From: Minisyncoccota bacterium
GTDB taxonomy: Bacteria > Patescibacteriota > Minisyncoccia > UBA6257 > JAGOQP01
NCBI GenBank assembly: GCA_041661795.1
Contig: JBAZTS010000002.1
Location: 36,263 to 100,262, forward strand
Direction of reading: 5' to 3'
Length of the DNA stretch: 64,000 nucleotides
Shown in pieces: positions 10,079 to 18,472 of this stretch; within the stretch, counting starts at the first letter, position 1; every line of letters begins with the position of its first letter. The notes under the pieces are model-generated. The model did no database searches and was not told where the DNA came from. It saw only the letters and a program-made list of their open reading frames with translations. The translations under genes were made by a program, and so were the position numbers.

Positions 10079-10276
10079 GAAAAAAGTTTAAAAAAGAAAA
10101 AATTTTTAACTGTCGTGAAAGTTATCCACAGTTTTGGTTTCCATTTTGTTGTAAAATGTTCTAAAATTAGATTAGTAAAAGGTTAAAAACTTTTTCAACA
10201 TCATAGTTGAATAGTCGGCGGCTCTGGTGTTGGTAAAATTTATTTTTCTTCCATTAATCTTGGGAGAAATCATAAA

Positions 10277-10363
10277 ATGGCTAAGAAAAAAGCGGCCAAG
10301 AAAGGCAAGAAAGTTGCCAAAAAGGCCAAAAAATCAAAAAAATCAAAGAAATCAAAAAGATAA
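10277..10363 (+). CDS. putative 28-aa lysine-rich peptide (MAKKKAAKKGKKVAKKAKKSKKSKKSKR)
   Basis: GGGAGA RBS 6 nt upstream of the ATG; an extended -10 candidate (TGgTAAAAT) upstream; a strong terminator (AAAAACCCC-TTTT-GGGGTTTTTGTTTTTTT) immediately downstream. Confidence 0.3.
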   Translation: MAKKKAAKKGKKVAKKAKKSKKSKKSKR

Positions 10364-10390
10364 ATTTTTGAACTAATTTTTAAGATTTAC

Positions 10391-10420
10391 AAAAACCCCT
10401 TTTGGGGTTTTTGTTTTTTT
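10391..10420 (+). terminator. rho-independent terminator
   Basis: aaaaaCCCCttttGGGGtttttgttttttt. Confidence 0.7.
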
Positions 10421-10421
10421 A

Positions 10422-10450
10422 CCCCCACACTAATGGAATTAGTGTGGGGG
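10422..10450. repeat. hairpin repeat CCCCCACACTAAT-n5-ATTAGTGTGGGGG (family copy a)
   Basis: Perfect 12-bp inverted repeat. Confidence 0.8.
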
Positions 10451-10469
10451 TTTATGGTAATATACTGGG

Positions 10470-10787
10470 ATGAAGATAATAGTAAAATCAACAGGTTTAG
10501 AGCTTTCTGAGGCGCTAAACGAATTTATAAGTATTAAGCTATCTTCTCTGTCTAAATTTATTGTAAAATTTGAGAAGAAATCAGAAGCTATTTTAAAAGT
10601 TGAAGTGGCTAGATCCACTAAGCATCGCCATAAAGGGGATGTCTATTACGTGGAGTTGTCATTAGCGCTTCCAAAAAATGATTTAAGAATAGAACAATAC
10701 GATGAAGATATAAGATCGGGAATTGATAAAGCCAAAAGAAAAATGGCTCTTGAAATAAAAAAGATTGATGACAAGCATTTTAGATAA
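10470..10787 (+). CDS. hpf: ribosome hibernation promoting factor (short RaiA/YfiA type)
   Basis: 105 aa; MKIIVKSTGLELSEALNEFISIKL… is typical of the S30AE family. Confidence 0.7.
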   Translation: MKIIVKSTGLELSEALNEFISIKLSSLSKFIVKFEKKSEAILKVEVARSTKHRHKGDVYYVELSLALPKNDLRIEQYDEDIRSGIDKAKRKMALEIKKIDDKHFR

Positions 10788-13350
10788 AATTTTTTCTCCT
10801 CTTGGTTCTTACCGTAAGAGAGTGGTTAAGATAAATGATTTTGAAAAAGAATTGTCTTTGCTCTCTGATGAGGAAATTAAGAATAAATCTCTTAAATTAA
10901 AAGAGGGTTTTTCCGGTGATCAAGAATATCTGGAAAACAACCTTGAATTGGCTTTTGCTTTAGTTAGAGAATCCTCCAAAAGAAATTTAAAGCAAAGACA
11001 TTTTGATGTCCAGCTTATTGGAGGTTTGGCAATGTCAGATGGAAAAATAGTTGAAATGGCAACGGGAGAAGGAAAAACTTTATCAGCCACACTGCCGGCT
11101 TATCTTTATGGAATCAGTGGAAAAGGAGTTCATGTTATTACTGTCAATGATTATCTTGCCAAAAGAGACGCTGTCTGGATGGGACAGATATATGATTTTT
11201 TAGGATTAACAGTTAGTTGTTTAGTTCATGACGGGGCGTATGTGTATGATTCTAAATATACAAATGAAATTCAAAGTGAAGAAGTGGCAGATGAAAAAAG
11301 AGATGTTGTTGGGGGTTTTAAAGTAATTCAAGAGTTTTTGAAACCAATATCAAGAAGAGAGGCCTATTTGTCAGATATAGTTTATGGAACTAACCACGAG
11401 TTTGGTTTTGATTATCTTAGAGATAATTTGGCTTACAATTCTAAAAATCAGGTCCAACGAGAGCATTATTTTGCTATTATTGACGAGGTAGACAGTATTT
11501 TAATAGATGAAGCCAGAACTCCTTTGATTATTTCAGCTCCAGACGTTGAAGCGGCTCAATACTACAAGGTTTTTGCCAAAGTAGTTAGTTCTTTGGAGAT
11601 TGAAAAGGATTATACAGTTGAAGAGAAAGATAGATCGGCCGTTATGACAGATGATGGTATTGCCAAGGTGGAAAAAATGCTGAATATAGAAAATATTTAT
11701 GATGCTCAATCTGCTTCCCTAGTTCACTATCTTGAAGAATCTTTAAAAGCCAAAGCTCTTTTTAGAAGAGACAGGCATTATGTTGTTAAATCCACTCCTT
11801 CTGGCGAGGGAGAAATTATTATAGTTGATGAATTTACCGGTCGCTTAATGCATGGAAGAAGGTATTCTGGGGGACTTCACCAGGCCATTGAAGCCAAAGA
11901 GGGGGTGAGAATTCAAGAGGAATCAAAAACGTTTGCTCAAATAACTATACAAAATTATTTTCGTCTTTATGAAAAAATAAGCGGAATGACGGGAACCGCC
12001 AAAACCAGCGCTGAAGAATTTAGGAAGGTTTACGGATTGGAAGTTGCTGTTATTCCATCCAATAAGCCCAGAGTAAGAAACGATAAATCGGATTTGATTT
12101 TCAAAACAAAAGAATCCAAATATCAGGCCATCGTGGGTGCTATAAAAGAAATGGTTGAAAAAGGCCAACCGGTTTTAGTTGGCACAACATCAATAGATGA
12201 GAACGAACTTTTATCCTCATATTTTTCCAATGCGGGAATAAAACATGAAGTGCTTAATGCCAAAAACCACGAAAGAGAGGGAGAAATAATTGCTCAGGCC
12301 GGAAGGTCGGAAGGCGTAACTTTAGCCACCAACATGGCTGGAAGAGGAGTGGATATAGTTTTAGGAGGAAATCCTCAAGATGTTTTGGATGCGCAAAAAG
12401 TTAAAGATGCCGGAGGACTTTTTGTTTTAGGAACTCAAAGAAATGAAGCCAGAAGAGTTGATAATCAGTTAAGAGGGCGCTCGGGAAGACAGGGGGATCC
12501 CGGAGAAACACAATTTTTTCTTTCTTTGGAGGATGATATGTTAAGAATTTTTGGAGGAGACAGAATCAAGTCAATGATGAATAGAATGAATATGCCCGAT
12601 GACGTTCCCATAGAATCATCTTTAATCGGAAAAGTAGTGGACGAAGCCCAAAAGAAAGTTGAAGGAATGAATTTTGATATCAGAAAACACCTGTTGGAAT
12701 ATGACGATGTTTTAAACAAACAAAGAAAAGCTGTTTATAGGAAAAGACAAAATATCTTAGAAAGGTTAGAAAAAGGGGAGTTGGAAGATGTTTTAAAAGA
12801 ATTGATTTTAGACGTCCTTAAATTTATTTTTTCAAATCCAACCAAGGATTTGGATTCTATAAAACAATGGTTTGAAGAAGTCGGGTTGGTTAGTAAAGAA
12901 GAAAAAGACAGTTTTAACGTTGAACAAGTGGAAAGCTCAATAAATCAGGGAGTGTTGGATGAATTTATTCTATCTAAAATAAATAACGTCTGTCAGGACC
13001 CGCAAGTTGGATTAAAAATACTTGGGTCCTTGGACGGGTTTTGGACTAATCACTTGGAAAATCTGGAGGCCTTATTGGAATCGGTAAGGATGAGAGCTTA
13101 TGGTCAAAAGGACCCACTGGTTGAATATAAAAGAGAAGGCCATCAGCTTTTTAAGGATTTAATAATTAACGCTCAAGTTTGGGTTGTCTCTAATGTTTTT
13201 AAGGAAATTCAAATCAATCCCAACAAAAATGTTTCTCAGAAATCTTTAGATACGATATACGATATACGAAATACGGATTCCAAATTAGGCCGTAATGACC
13301 CTTGTTATTGCGGAAGCGGTAAAAAATATAAAAAGTGCCATGGAAAATAA
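10765..13350 (+). CDS. secA: preprotein translocase ATPase SecA
   Basis: 861 aa; DEAD-like motor motifs (MATGEGKTL, …DEVDSILIDEARTPLIIS…); C-terminal zinc finger CYCGSGKKYKKCHG. Confidence 0.95.
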   Translation: MMTSILDKIFSPLGSYRKRVVKINDFEKELSLLSDEEIKNKSLKLKEGFSGDQEYLENNLELAFALVRESSKRNLKQRHFDVQLIGGLAMSDGKIVEMATGEGKTLSATLPAYLYGISGKGVHVITVNDYLAKRDAVWMGQIYDFLGLTVSCLVHDGAYVYDSKYTNEIQSEEVADEKRDVVGGFKVIQEFLKPISRREAYLSDIVYGTNHEFGFDYLRDNLAYNSKNQVQREHYFAIIDEVDSILIDEARTPLIISAPDVEAAQYYKVFAKVVSSLEIEKDYTVEEKDRSAVMTDDGIAKVEKMLNIENIYDAQSASLVHYLEESLKAKALFRRDRHYVVKSTPSGEGEIIIVDEFTGRLMHGRRYSGGLHQAIEAKEGVRIQEESKTFAQITIQNYFRLYEKISGMTGTAKTSAEEFRKVYGLEVAVIPSNKPRVRNDKSDLIFKTKESKYQAIVGAIKEMVEKGQPVLVGTTSIDENELLSSYFSNAGIKHEVLNAKNHEREGEIIAQAGRSEGVTLATNMAGRGVDIVLGGNPQDVLDAQKVKDAGGLFVLGTQRNEARRVDNQLRGRSGRQGDPGETQFFLSLEDDMLRIFGGDRIKSMMNRMNMPDDVPIESSLIGKVVDEAQKKVEGMNFDIRKHLLEYDDVLNKQRKAVYRKRQNILERLEKGELEDVLKELILDVLKFIFSNPTKDLDSIKQWFEEVGLVSKEEKDSFNVEQVESSINQGVLDEFILSKINNVCQDPQVGLKILGSLDGFWTNHLENLEALLESVRMRAYGQKDPLVEYKREGHQLFKDLIINAQVWVVSNVFKEIQINPNKNVSQKSLDTIYDIRNTDSKLGRNDPCYCGSGKKYKKCHGK

Positions 13351-13387
13351 AAACCCCGACACTGTCGGGATTTTTATTGATAGAATA

Positions 13388-15280
13388 TTATTGTTCTATA
13401 CAGTAAAGTCTATTAGTCAAGTTGCATGCCTCAATACCAGTGTAAGCCCAGCCACCGATAGCAGTGTTGGTGTATCCATAAGCTCCGTATCCACCCGCAG
13501 AGTTAGTTGTCCAGTTTGAACAGTCACTTGCCCCCTTGTAAAGTCCGGTAAAATCAAAATCTGTCCATACATAATCATTAACAAGAGTTCCATTTTCATC
13601 ATACTCTACTTTATTCATTAGATAATTTGTGCCATCAAATCTTACCCACGGCATTACGTATGGAGAAGTTGTTGTTGCCAAGCTAGAATCGGCGACAACA
13701 TAACCACCCATATTAATTAAACGTATCCAGTTATATCCTATTGTTGTTATTGGTTCTACGGTTGTACTGTATTGTCCAATAATTGCCTCCCACGTTCCGC
13801 CTAAGCTAGCAGCGTTTGCTCGTGCCTGACACTTAGCATGAGCTCCAGAAACTCCACCAAGATTTCCGTCATATAGAGCGGATGTTACAAATACTCTTTT
13901 TGTGAGAGTTGTTGTTGCCGATCCAGAAGCAACAGCCGCGTCAACATAGGCCTTTGTAGTGGCATCGGAATCAGCTGTGGGAGCAGCTAAGTTGGTTAGT
14001 TTGTATGTCGGCGTTGCACCAGTAAGTTTTATATTACCTTTAACTTCAAGCGCTTCTGTTGGAAGAGTTGAAGAAGATAATCCTATCCCAACTTTTGAAT
14101 TAGTTAAGTCCAAAGTCAGTGTTGATGTATCGGATAAAACTTGATAACCGGCAATACAAGGATTTCCAAGACAGATGTCATCTGTAAGAAGAAATTGAAC
14201 ATTTTTTCTACCATAAAATATCATATCATTAAGGGAACTTACTGCCGAAGATGCTCTGCCAAACCACCCTACCGCATAACCTTCATCATCTTCATTGCCA
14301 AAAGAACTTTTTGCTCTACTGGATGAGAATCCATATTGTGGTTCCGATGATACTCCTTCTGCCCACCAATATCCAAAATTATAAGGAGCTCTTGCAGACA
14401 AAACTGATCCGGCCACATCCAGTTTCGCTTTATATGCTGCTGACGTTGATGTTCCTATAACAACTTTATCTCCACTATTACCAACGGTAAAAACAGAAGT
14501 GCTTGAAGCTTTTATTCCCCCTGCGGTTTCTAAACTATAAGACGGAGCTGTTGTGCCTATTCCCACATTTCCTTGCACAATAAGTCCGTTTGAAGGAGCT
14601 GTGCTAGCTCCGGCATATGAAGACCCGATAGCCGCGCCTCCTGCTACGTCCAATTTATTTATTAAAGTTGAAACCCCTATCCCAACGTTTCCGGAAAATG
14701 CAGCGTTCTTCCATCTGGTTGGATTTATTCCAACAGAATATGAGTTGTCCGTTCCGGGAAGCAAATCGGAATCAAATGTCGCTGCCGAAGCTCTGGAAAC
14801 AGCTGATCTCAAACTTCTTGTTACGTTATTTCCTCCAACGTCTTGAGCAGATGATAAAGCCAAATCAATTTGAACCACGTCTTTTCCGGGATATTGAGTT
14901 AACTTCTTAAATTCTAAAGAATCAACCACCACTTTTTCATTAGTAAGCGCTTGAGCTGAATTATTTCCTTCTCTTATGTAAATTTGTCCTCCAGAAAGAT
15001 AAATTGTGGATGTGGTCGTATCTTTCATTCTTAGAACTAAGGAATCAGTGCTGGCTCCCGCTCCTATTTCTATTACGCTGGACTCTTTAACTAATCTTTG
15101 AATGGTATTCATCACAAAATTCAATTGACCCGATAACTCATTTTCAGCAGATTGCTCGACTTGGGTTTTTGTTACCGTTGTCATTATGCCAGTAATAATT
15201 CCTGTAGATATTGCCAAAATACCCACATAAATAAGCACCTCGGTTAAAGTAAAACCTTTGTTTTGTTTGTAGATTCTCAT
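13388..15280 (-). CDS. type IV pilin-like protein (prepilin N-terminal methylation motif) with a large lectin-like C-terminal domain
   Basis: N-terminus MRIYKQNKG|FTLTEVLIYVGILAIS (class III signal: G-FTLxE plus hydrophobic helix); 630 aa; C-terminal Cys-containing region with a WIxL motif; the gene is GC-richer than its flanks. Confidence 0.65.
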   Translation of the reverse strand: MRIYKQNKGFTLTEVLIYVGILAISTGIITGIMTTVTKTQVEQSAENELSGQLNFVMNTIQRLVKESSVIEIGAGASTDSLVLRMKDTTTSTIYLSGGQIYIREGNNSAQALTNEKVVVDSLEFKKLTQYPGKDVVQIDLALSSAQDVGGNNVTRSLRSAVSRASAATFDSDLLPGTDNSYSVGINPTRWKNAAFSGNVGIGVSTLINKLDVAGGAAIGSSYAGASTAPSNGLIVQGNVGIGTTAPSYSLETAGGIKASSTSVFTVGNSGDKVVIGTSTSAAYKAKLDVAGSVLSARAPYNFGYWWAEGVSSEPQYGFSSSRAKSSFGNEDDEGYAVGWFGRASSAVSSLNDMIFYGRKNVQFLLTDDICLGNPCIAGYQVLSDTSTLTLDLTNSKVGIGLSSSTLPTEALEVKGNIKLTGATPTYKLTNLAAPTADSDATTKAYVDAAVASGSATTTLTKRVFVTSALYDGNLGGVSGAHAKCQARANAASLGGTWEAIIGQYSTTVEPITTIGYNWIRLINMGGYVVADSSLATTTSPYVMPWVRFDGTNYLMNKVEYDENGTLVNDYVWTDFDFTGLYKGASDCSNWTTNSAGGYGAYGYTNTAIGGWAYTGIEACNLTNRLYCIEQ

Positions 15281-15334
15281 ATGAGATTATTATATCACAA
15301 TGGTGATTTTTATTCACTAAGATTGTGGATAAAT

Positions 15335-15361
15335 CCCCACACTAATTCTATTAGTGTGGGG
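15335..15361. repeat. hairpin repeat CCCCACACTAAT-tct-ATTAGTGTGGGG (family copy b)
   Basis: Same stem sequence as copy a; between the lepB-like gene and the pilin-like gene. Confidence 0.8.
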
Positions 15362-15367
15362 ATAAAC

Positions 15368-15973
15368 TTACCAGACAACCTTGCCTATGATGTTTTCTTT
15401 GGGTATTAAACCAAATCTGGTGCTATCCAAACTTCCTTCCGGAATGTTTCCTAAAATCAAAAAAGTGTCTTTTGGAATAATGGGATAATCTTTGGTATAC
15501 AACTTGAGCATGGCAGATTTTTGAGTAGATAAAACATAAGGAATAGATTGCTGGTTTCTCAATACTTTTTCGTTAACTATTATTTGATATCCGCTGTTTA
15601 TTTTTTTTAAGTTCCAAGAATCTCCATCTATGGCTTTTACTGTTTTTATGAGCGGTTCAGGATTGCCTGCATATTTGTATATGACAATATCATCTCTTTT
15701 GACTGGATTACACTTATAATATCCTTCCAAAACTTTTATTTTAGTTCCCGACTCTATTAATCCGCTCATGGAAGAACCAACTACGATGTCTTCTTTTTCG
15801 TCGTACGCGCAAGAAGAATTATTGGCAGAAACTATTTGTTTATCAGGGTGTTGGTTAATCTGAATCAGCTGGTCCGTGTTGCTTGATATGTTGAAAATAA
15901 TAATCAACAAAAAAATAACCGAGACGAGAACAAATATTTTGAATGTTTTTTTAAAAATCTTTGAATTTATCAT
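15368..15973 (-). CDS. lepB: signal peptidase I (S26 family)
   Basis: VVGSSMSGLIESGTKI (SM box), RDDIVIYKY, …LGNIPEGSLDSTRFGLIPKENIIGKV (GDN…S.DSR.FG box E). Confidence 0.6.
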   Translation of the reverse strand: MINSKIFKKTFKIFVLVSVIFLLIIIFNISSNTDQLIQINQHPDKQIVSANNSSCAYDEKEDIVVGSSMSGLIESGTKIKVLEGYYKCNPVKRDDIVIYKYAGNPEPLIKTVKAIDGDSWNLKKINSGYQIIVNEKVLRNQQSIPYVLSTQKSAMLKLYTKDYPIIPKDTFLILGNIPEGSLDSTRFGLIPKENIIGKVVW

Positions 15974-16012
15974 AAATTGAACTTGATGCCTATTTAAATT
16001 ATACTTCTTTGT

Positions 16013-18334
16013 ATGTTAAGCGACAATATACGCAATTTTTGTATTATAGCCCACATAGATCACGGCAAATCTACATTGGCTGATAGGTTGCTTGAAATTA
16101 CAGGAACTATAGATAAGAGGAAGATGAAGAACCAATATCTTGATCAATTGGAATTGGAAAGAGAAAGAGGGATAACTATCAAAATGGCTCCTGTCCGCAT
16201 GCTCTATGCGCTGACTAACGCCGACTCTACGCCGACTGACGCAGACAATAAGAAATTAGATAATGCGAGTAGTCAATTATTGTATGAAGATTTAACCTAT
16301 AAAATAAGAGGAGTGTTGTTTGGCGTAAAGAAAAAAATAGGACTTGGTCATAAAGAAGTTATTTACCAAAAGGCCATAGAAGAAGAATTGACAAAAGAGA
16401 ACATACCTTTTGAAAAAGAAAAAATAATTAATATAGAACTTGATAATAAAAGTCTTGGCGTATACAGACCAGATTTTGTTATTGATAATAAAATTATATT
16501 AGAGATAAAATCTTTGCCTTTTATTGGAGATGTTGAGAAAAGGCAAGTTTGGACATATCTTAAGGGATCAGAATATAAATTGGCTTTATTAGTCAATTTC
16601 AATTCTAGAGATATTGATATTAAAAGAGTTGTGTATGATACAGCCAGAGAAATTCAGCGTGAGTCAGCGTTTAGTCAGCGTAAGTCGGCGCAGGTTGAGC
16701 AGTATGTGCTCAACCTGATAGACACTCCCGGGCATCCGGATTTTGGTTATGAAGTTTCCAGAGCTTTGGAAGCGGTTGAGGGGGCAATTTTGTTGGTTGA
16801 TGGAATGCAAGGAATACAAGCACAAACGTTATCTAATTTTTATGCTGCCAAAAAAGCCGGACTTACAATTATTGGCGCGGTTAACAAAGTGGATTTAAAT
16901 ATTCCTGACATAGATAAAGTTGTAATGGAAACAGCGGAGCTAATTGGTTGTGGGCCAGAACAAATTCATAAAATATCAGGAAGAACAGGAGAGGGAGTTC
17001 AACAGCTTTTGGGAGCAGTTATTCTTAGAATCCTACCTCCAAAAGCTGTAATTCCCAATTTCCAATTCCCAATTTCCAATTTTGGAAGGGCATTAATATT
17101 TGATTCTTTTTATGACGACCACAAAGGAATTATAGCCAGTGTCAGGGTATTTAATGGAGAATTTAATCAGTTTGATGATGTGGTTTTGGTGGCTGCTAAA
17201 GAAAAATTTAAAACAAAAGAAGTCGGATATTTTTCTCCGACCCTAAATCCTTCAAAAAGAATTTTAGAGGGAGAGATAGGTTATTTGGTTACCGGGATAA
17301 GAGACCCGTATAAAATAAAAATCGGTGACACGGTAATAGGTCACAAATCACAAGTCGCGCATCACGAATCGTATGCTTTGCCCGGATACAAAGAACCAAA
17401 GCCGGTGGTGTTTGTTTCTTTCTATCCAGACAATCCGGATGAATATGATGATTTAAAAAAATCTTTGGAAAGATTAAAGCTTAACGACTCTTCTTTTGCT
17501 TTTGAGCCGGATTTAAATGAAGTGTTGGGCAGGGGATTTAAAGGAGGATTTTTGGGAAAGCTTCATTTTGAAATAATTTCTCAGCGTCTTGAAAGAGAGT
17601 TTGGAATAAAAACAATCACATCTTTTCCTTCGGTCAGTTATAAAATAAAAACTTCTTCCAAACACTTAGCTCATCTAAAATTGGACGAAGATGGATTTTT
17701 CATAGCGTATAATCCCAAAGATATTCCTGAAGAATTTGAAAAGATATTAGAACCGATGATAAAAGTTGAAATTGTTTCATCACAAAAAATATTGGGAACA
17801 GTTTTGGGACTTAAAGATGCTTTTCGTTGGGAATACATAGAGACCCAACAATTGGGAGAAAAAGTTATTATTAAAACCAGAATGCCCTTGGCTGAGCTTA
17901 TCTCGGATTTTGACGACCAGTTAAAATCGGTTTCAGGTGGATTTGCTTCTTTTAGTTATGAAGAAGACGGCTATCAACAGGGCGATTTAATTAGGATGGA
18001 TATTTTAGTGGCAGACGAAATAGTTCCTGGGCTTTCTAGAATTCTTCCCAAAAAAGACATAGAATATCCGGCCAGGAAAATGGTTGTTCGCTTAAAGGAA
18101 GTATTGCCTCATCAGCAATTTACCCAAGCTATTCAAGCCAAAGTCGGAGGGAGAATTATAGCCAGAGAAACTATTGCGGCTTTAAGAAAAGATGTGACCG
18201 GATATCTTTATGGAGGAGACAGAACAAGAAAAATGAAACTTTGGAAAAAACAGCAAAGAGGCAAAAAGAAACTTCTTTCTATGGCCAAAGTGACCATATC
18301 TCCAGAAAACTTCAAGAAACTTCTTTCAAAATAA
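16013..18334 (+). CDS. lepA: elongation factor 4 (LepA) carrying a ~165-aa in-frame insertion (GxxExxY/PDDEXK_3 domain) in the G domain
   Basis: N-terminal NFCIIAHIDHGKSTLADRLL, …LIDTPGHPDFGYEVSRAL…, NKVDL, and the LepA C-terminal domain; the insertion lies between the ITIK (G2) and DTPGH (G3) motifs. Confidence 0.9.
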   Translation: MLSDNIRNFCIIAHIDHGKSTLADRLLEITGTIDKRKMKNQYLDQLELERERGITIKMAPVRMLYALTNADSTPTDADNKKLDNASSQLLYEDLTYKIRGVLFGVKKKIGLGHKEVIYQKAIEEELTKENIPFEKEKIINIELDNKSLGVYRPDFVIDNKIILEIKSLPFIGDVEKRQVWTYLKGSEYKLALLVNFNSRDIDIKRVVYDTAREIQRESAFSQRKSAQVEQYVLNLIDTPGHPDFGYEVSRALEAVEGAILLVDGMQGIQAQTLSNFYAAKKAGLTIIGAVNKVDLNIPDIDKVVMETAELIGCGPEQIHKISGRTGEGVQQLLGAVILRILPPKAVIPNFQFPISNFGRALIFDSFYDDHKGIIASVRVFNGEFNQFDDVVLVAAKEKFKTKEVGYFSPTLNPSKRILEGEIGYLVTGIRDPYKIKIGDTVIGHKSQVAHHESYALPGYKEPKPVVFVSFYPDNPDEYDDLKKSLERLKLNDSSFAFEPDLNEVLGRGFKGGFLGKLHFEIISQRLEREFGIKTITSFPSVSYKIKTSSKHLAHLKLDEDGFFIAYNPKDIPEEFEKILEPMIKVEIVSSQKILGTVLGLKDAFRWEYIETQQLGEKVIIKTRMPLAELISDFDDQLKSVSGGFASFSYEEDGYQQGDLIRMDILVADEIVPGLSRILPKKDIEYPARKMVVRLKEVLPHQQFTQAIQAKVGGRIIARETIAALRKDVTGYLYGGDRTRKMKLWKKQQRGKKKLLSMAKVTISPENFKKLLSK
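16209..16693 (+). mobile_element. in-frame inserted element: GC-rich terminal inverted repeats (tandem decamers CGCYGACTNA / inverted AGTCRGCG) flanking an AT-rich GxxExxY (PDDEXK_3) nuclease-domain cargo
   Basis: Left TIR 16209-16244 (cgctgactaa cgccgactcta cgccgactgac); right TIR 16661-16693 (gagtcagcgt ttagtcagcgt aagtcggcg); cargo YKIRGVLFGV…GLGHKEVIYQKAIEEEL…YRPDFVIDNKIILEIKS…LALLVNFNS…IKRVV matches the GxxExxY family. Confidence 0.7.
17050..17084 (+). repeat. heptamer array AATTCCC-AATTTCC-AATTCCC-AATTTCC-AATTTTG in-frame within lepA
   Basis: Direct reading; encodes IPNFQFPISNF. Confidence 0.85.
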
Positions 18335-18365
18335 TTTTTATTTGTGTCTTTTTTTAAATAAGCTT

Positions 18366-18462
18366 TAGGAAAGATTTTGAGGCCATGCGGAAGACGGCGG
18401 TCTGAGCTAGAGGGATTTTTCAGCAGAAAAATACCCGTGCCTAAAAATTTTTTCTAAAGCGG
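18366..18462 (+). repeat. ~100-nt MITE-like element, copy 1 (imperfect TIRs GAAAGATTTTGAGG / CCTAAAAATTTTTTC flanking a conserved 60-nt core)
   Basis: Core GGCCATGCGGAAGACGGCGGTCTGAGCTAGAGGGATTTTTCAGCAGAAAAATACCCGTGCC; its reverse complement recurs at 46836-46932. Confidence 0.7.
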
Positions 18463-18472
18463 ATTAGTATTA

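Noticed and set aside
13295-14910. Plus-strand ORFs (13295..13519, 13959..14144, 14141..14326, 14251..14460, 14553..14846, 14668..14910) overlapping the pilin-like gene
   Set aside because: They are opposite-strand artefacts of the long GC-richer pilin-like CDS, which has the clear prepilin N-terminus.
16205-16705. Possibility that the lepA insertion is an intein
   Set aside because: The inserted segment does not begin with Cys/Ser, does not end with His-Asn followed by Cys/Ser/Thr, and has no Hint-domain blocks. Its core is a GxxExxY/PD-(D/E)XK domain with repeat-built flanks.
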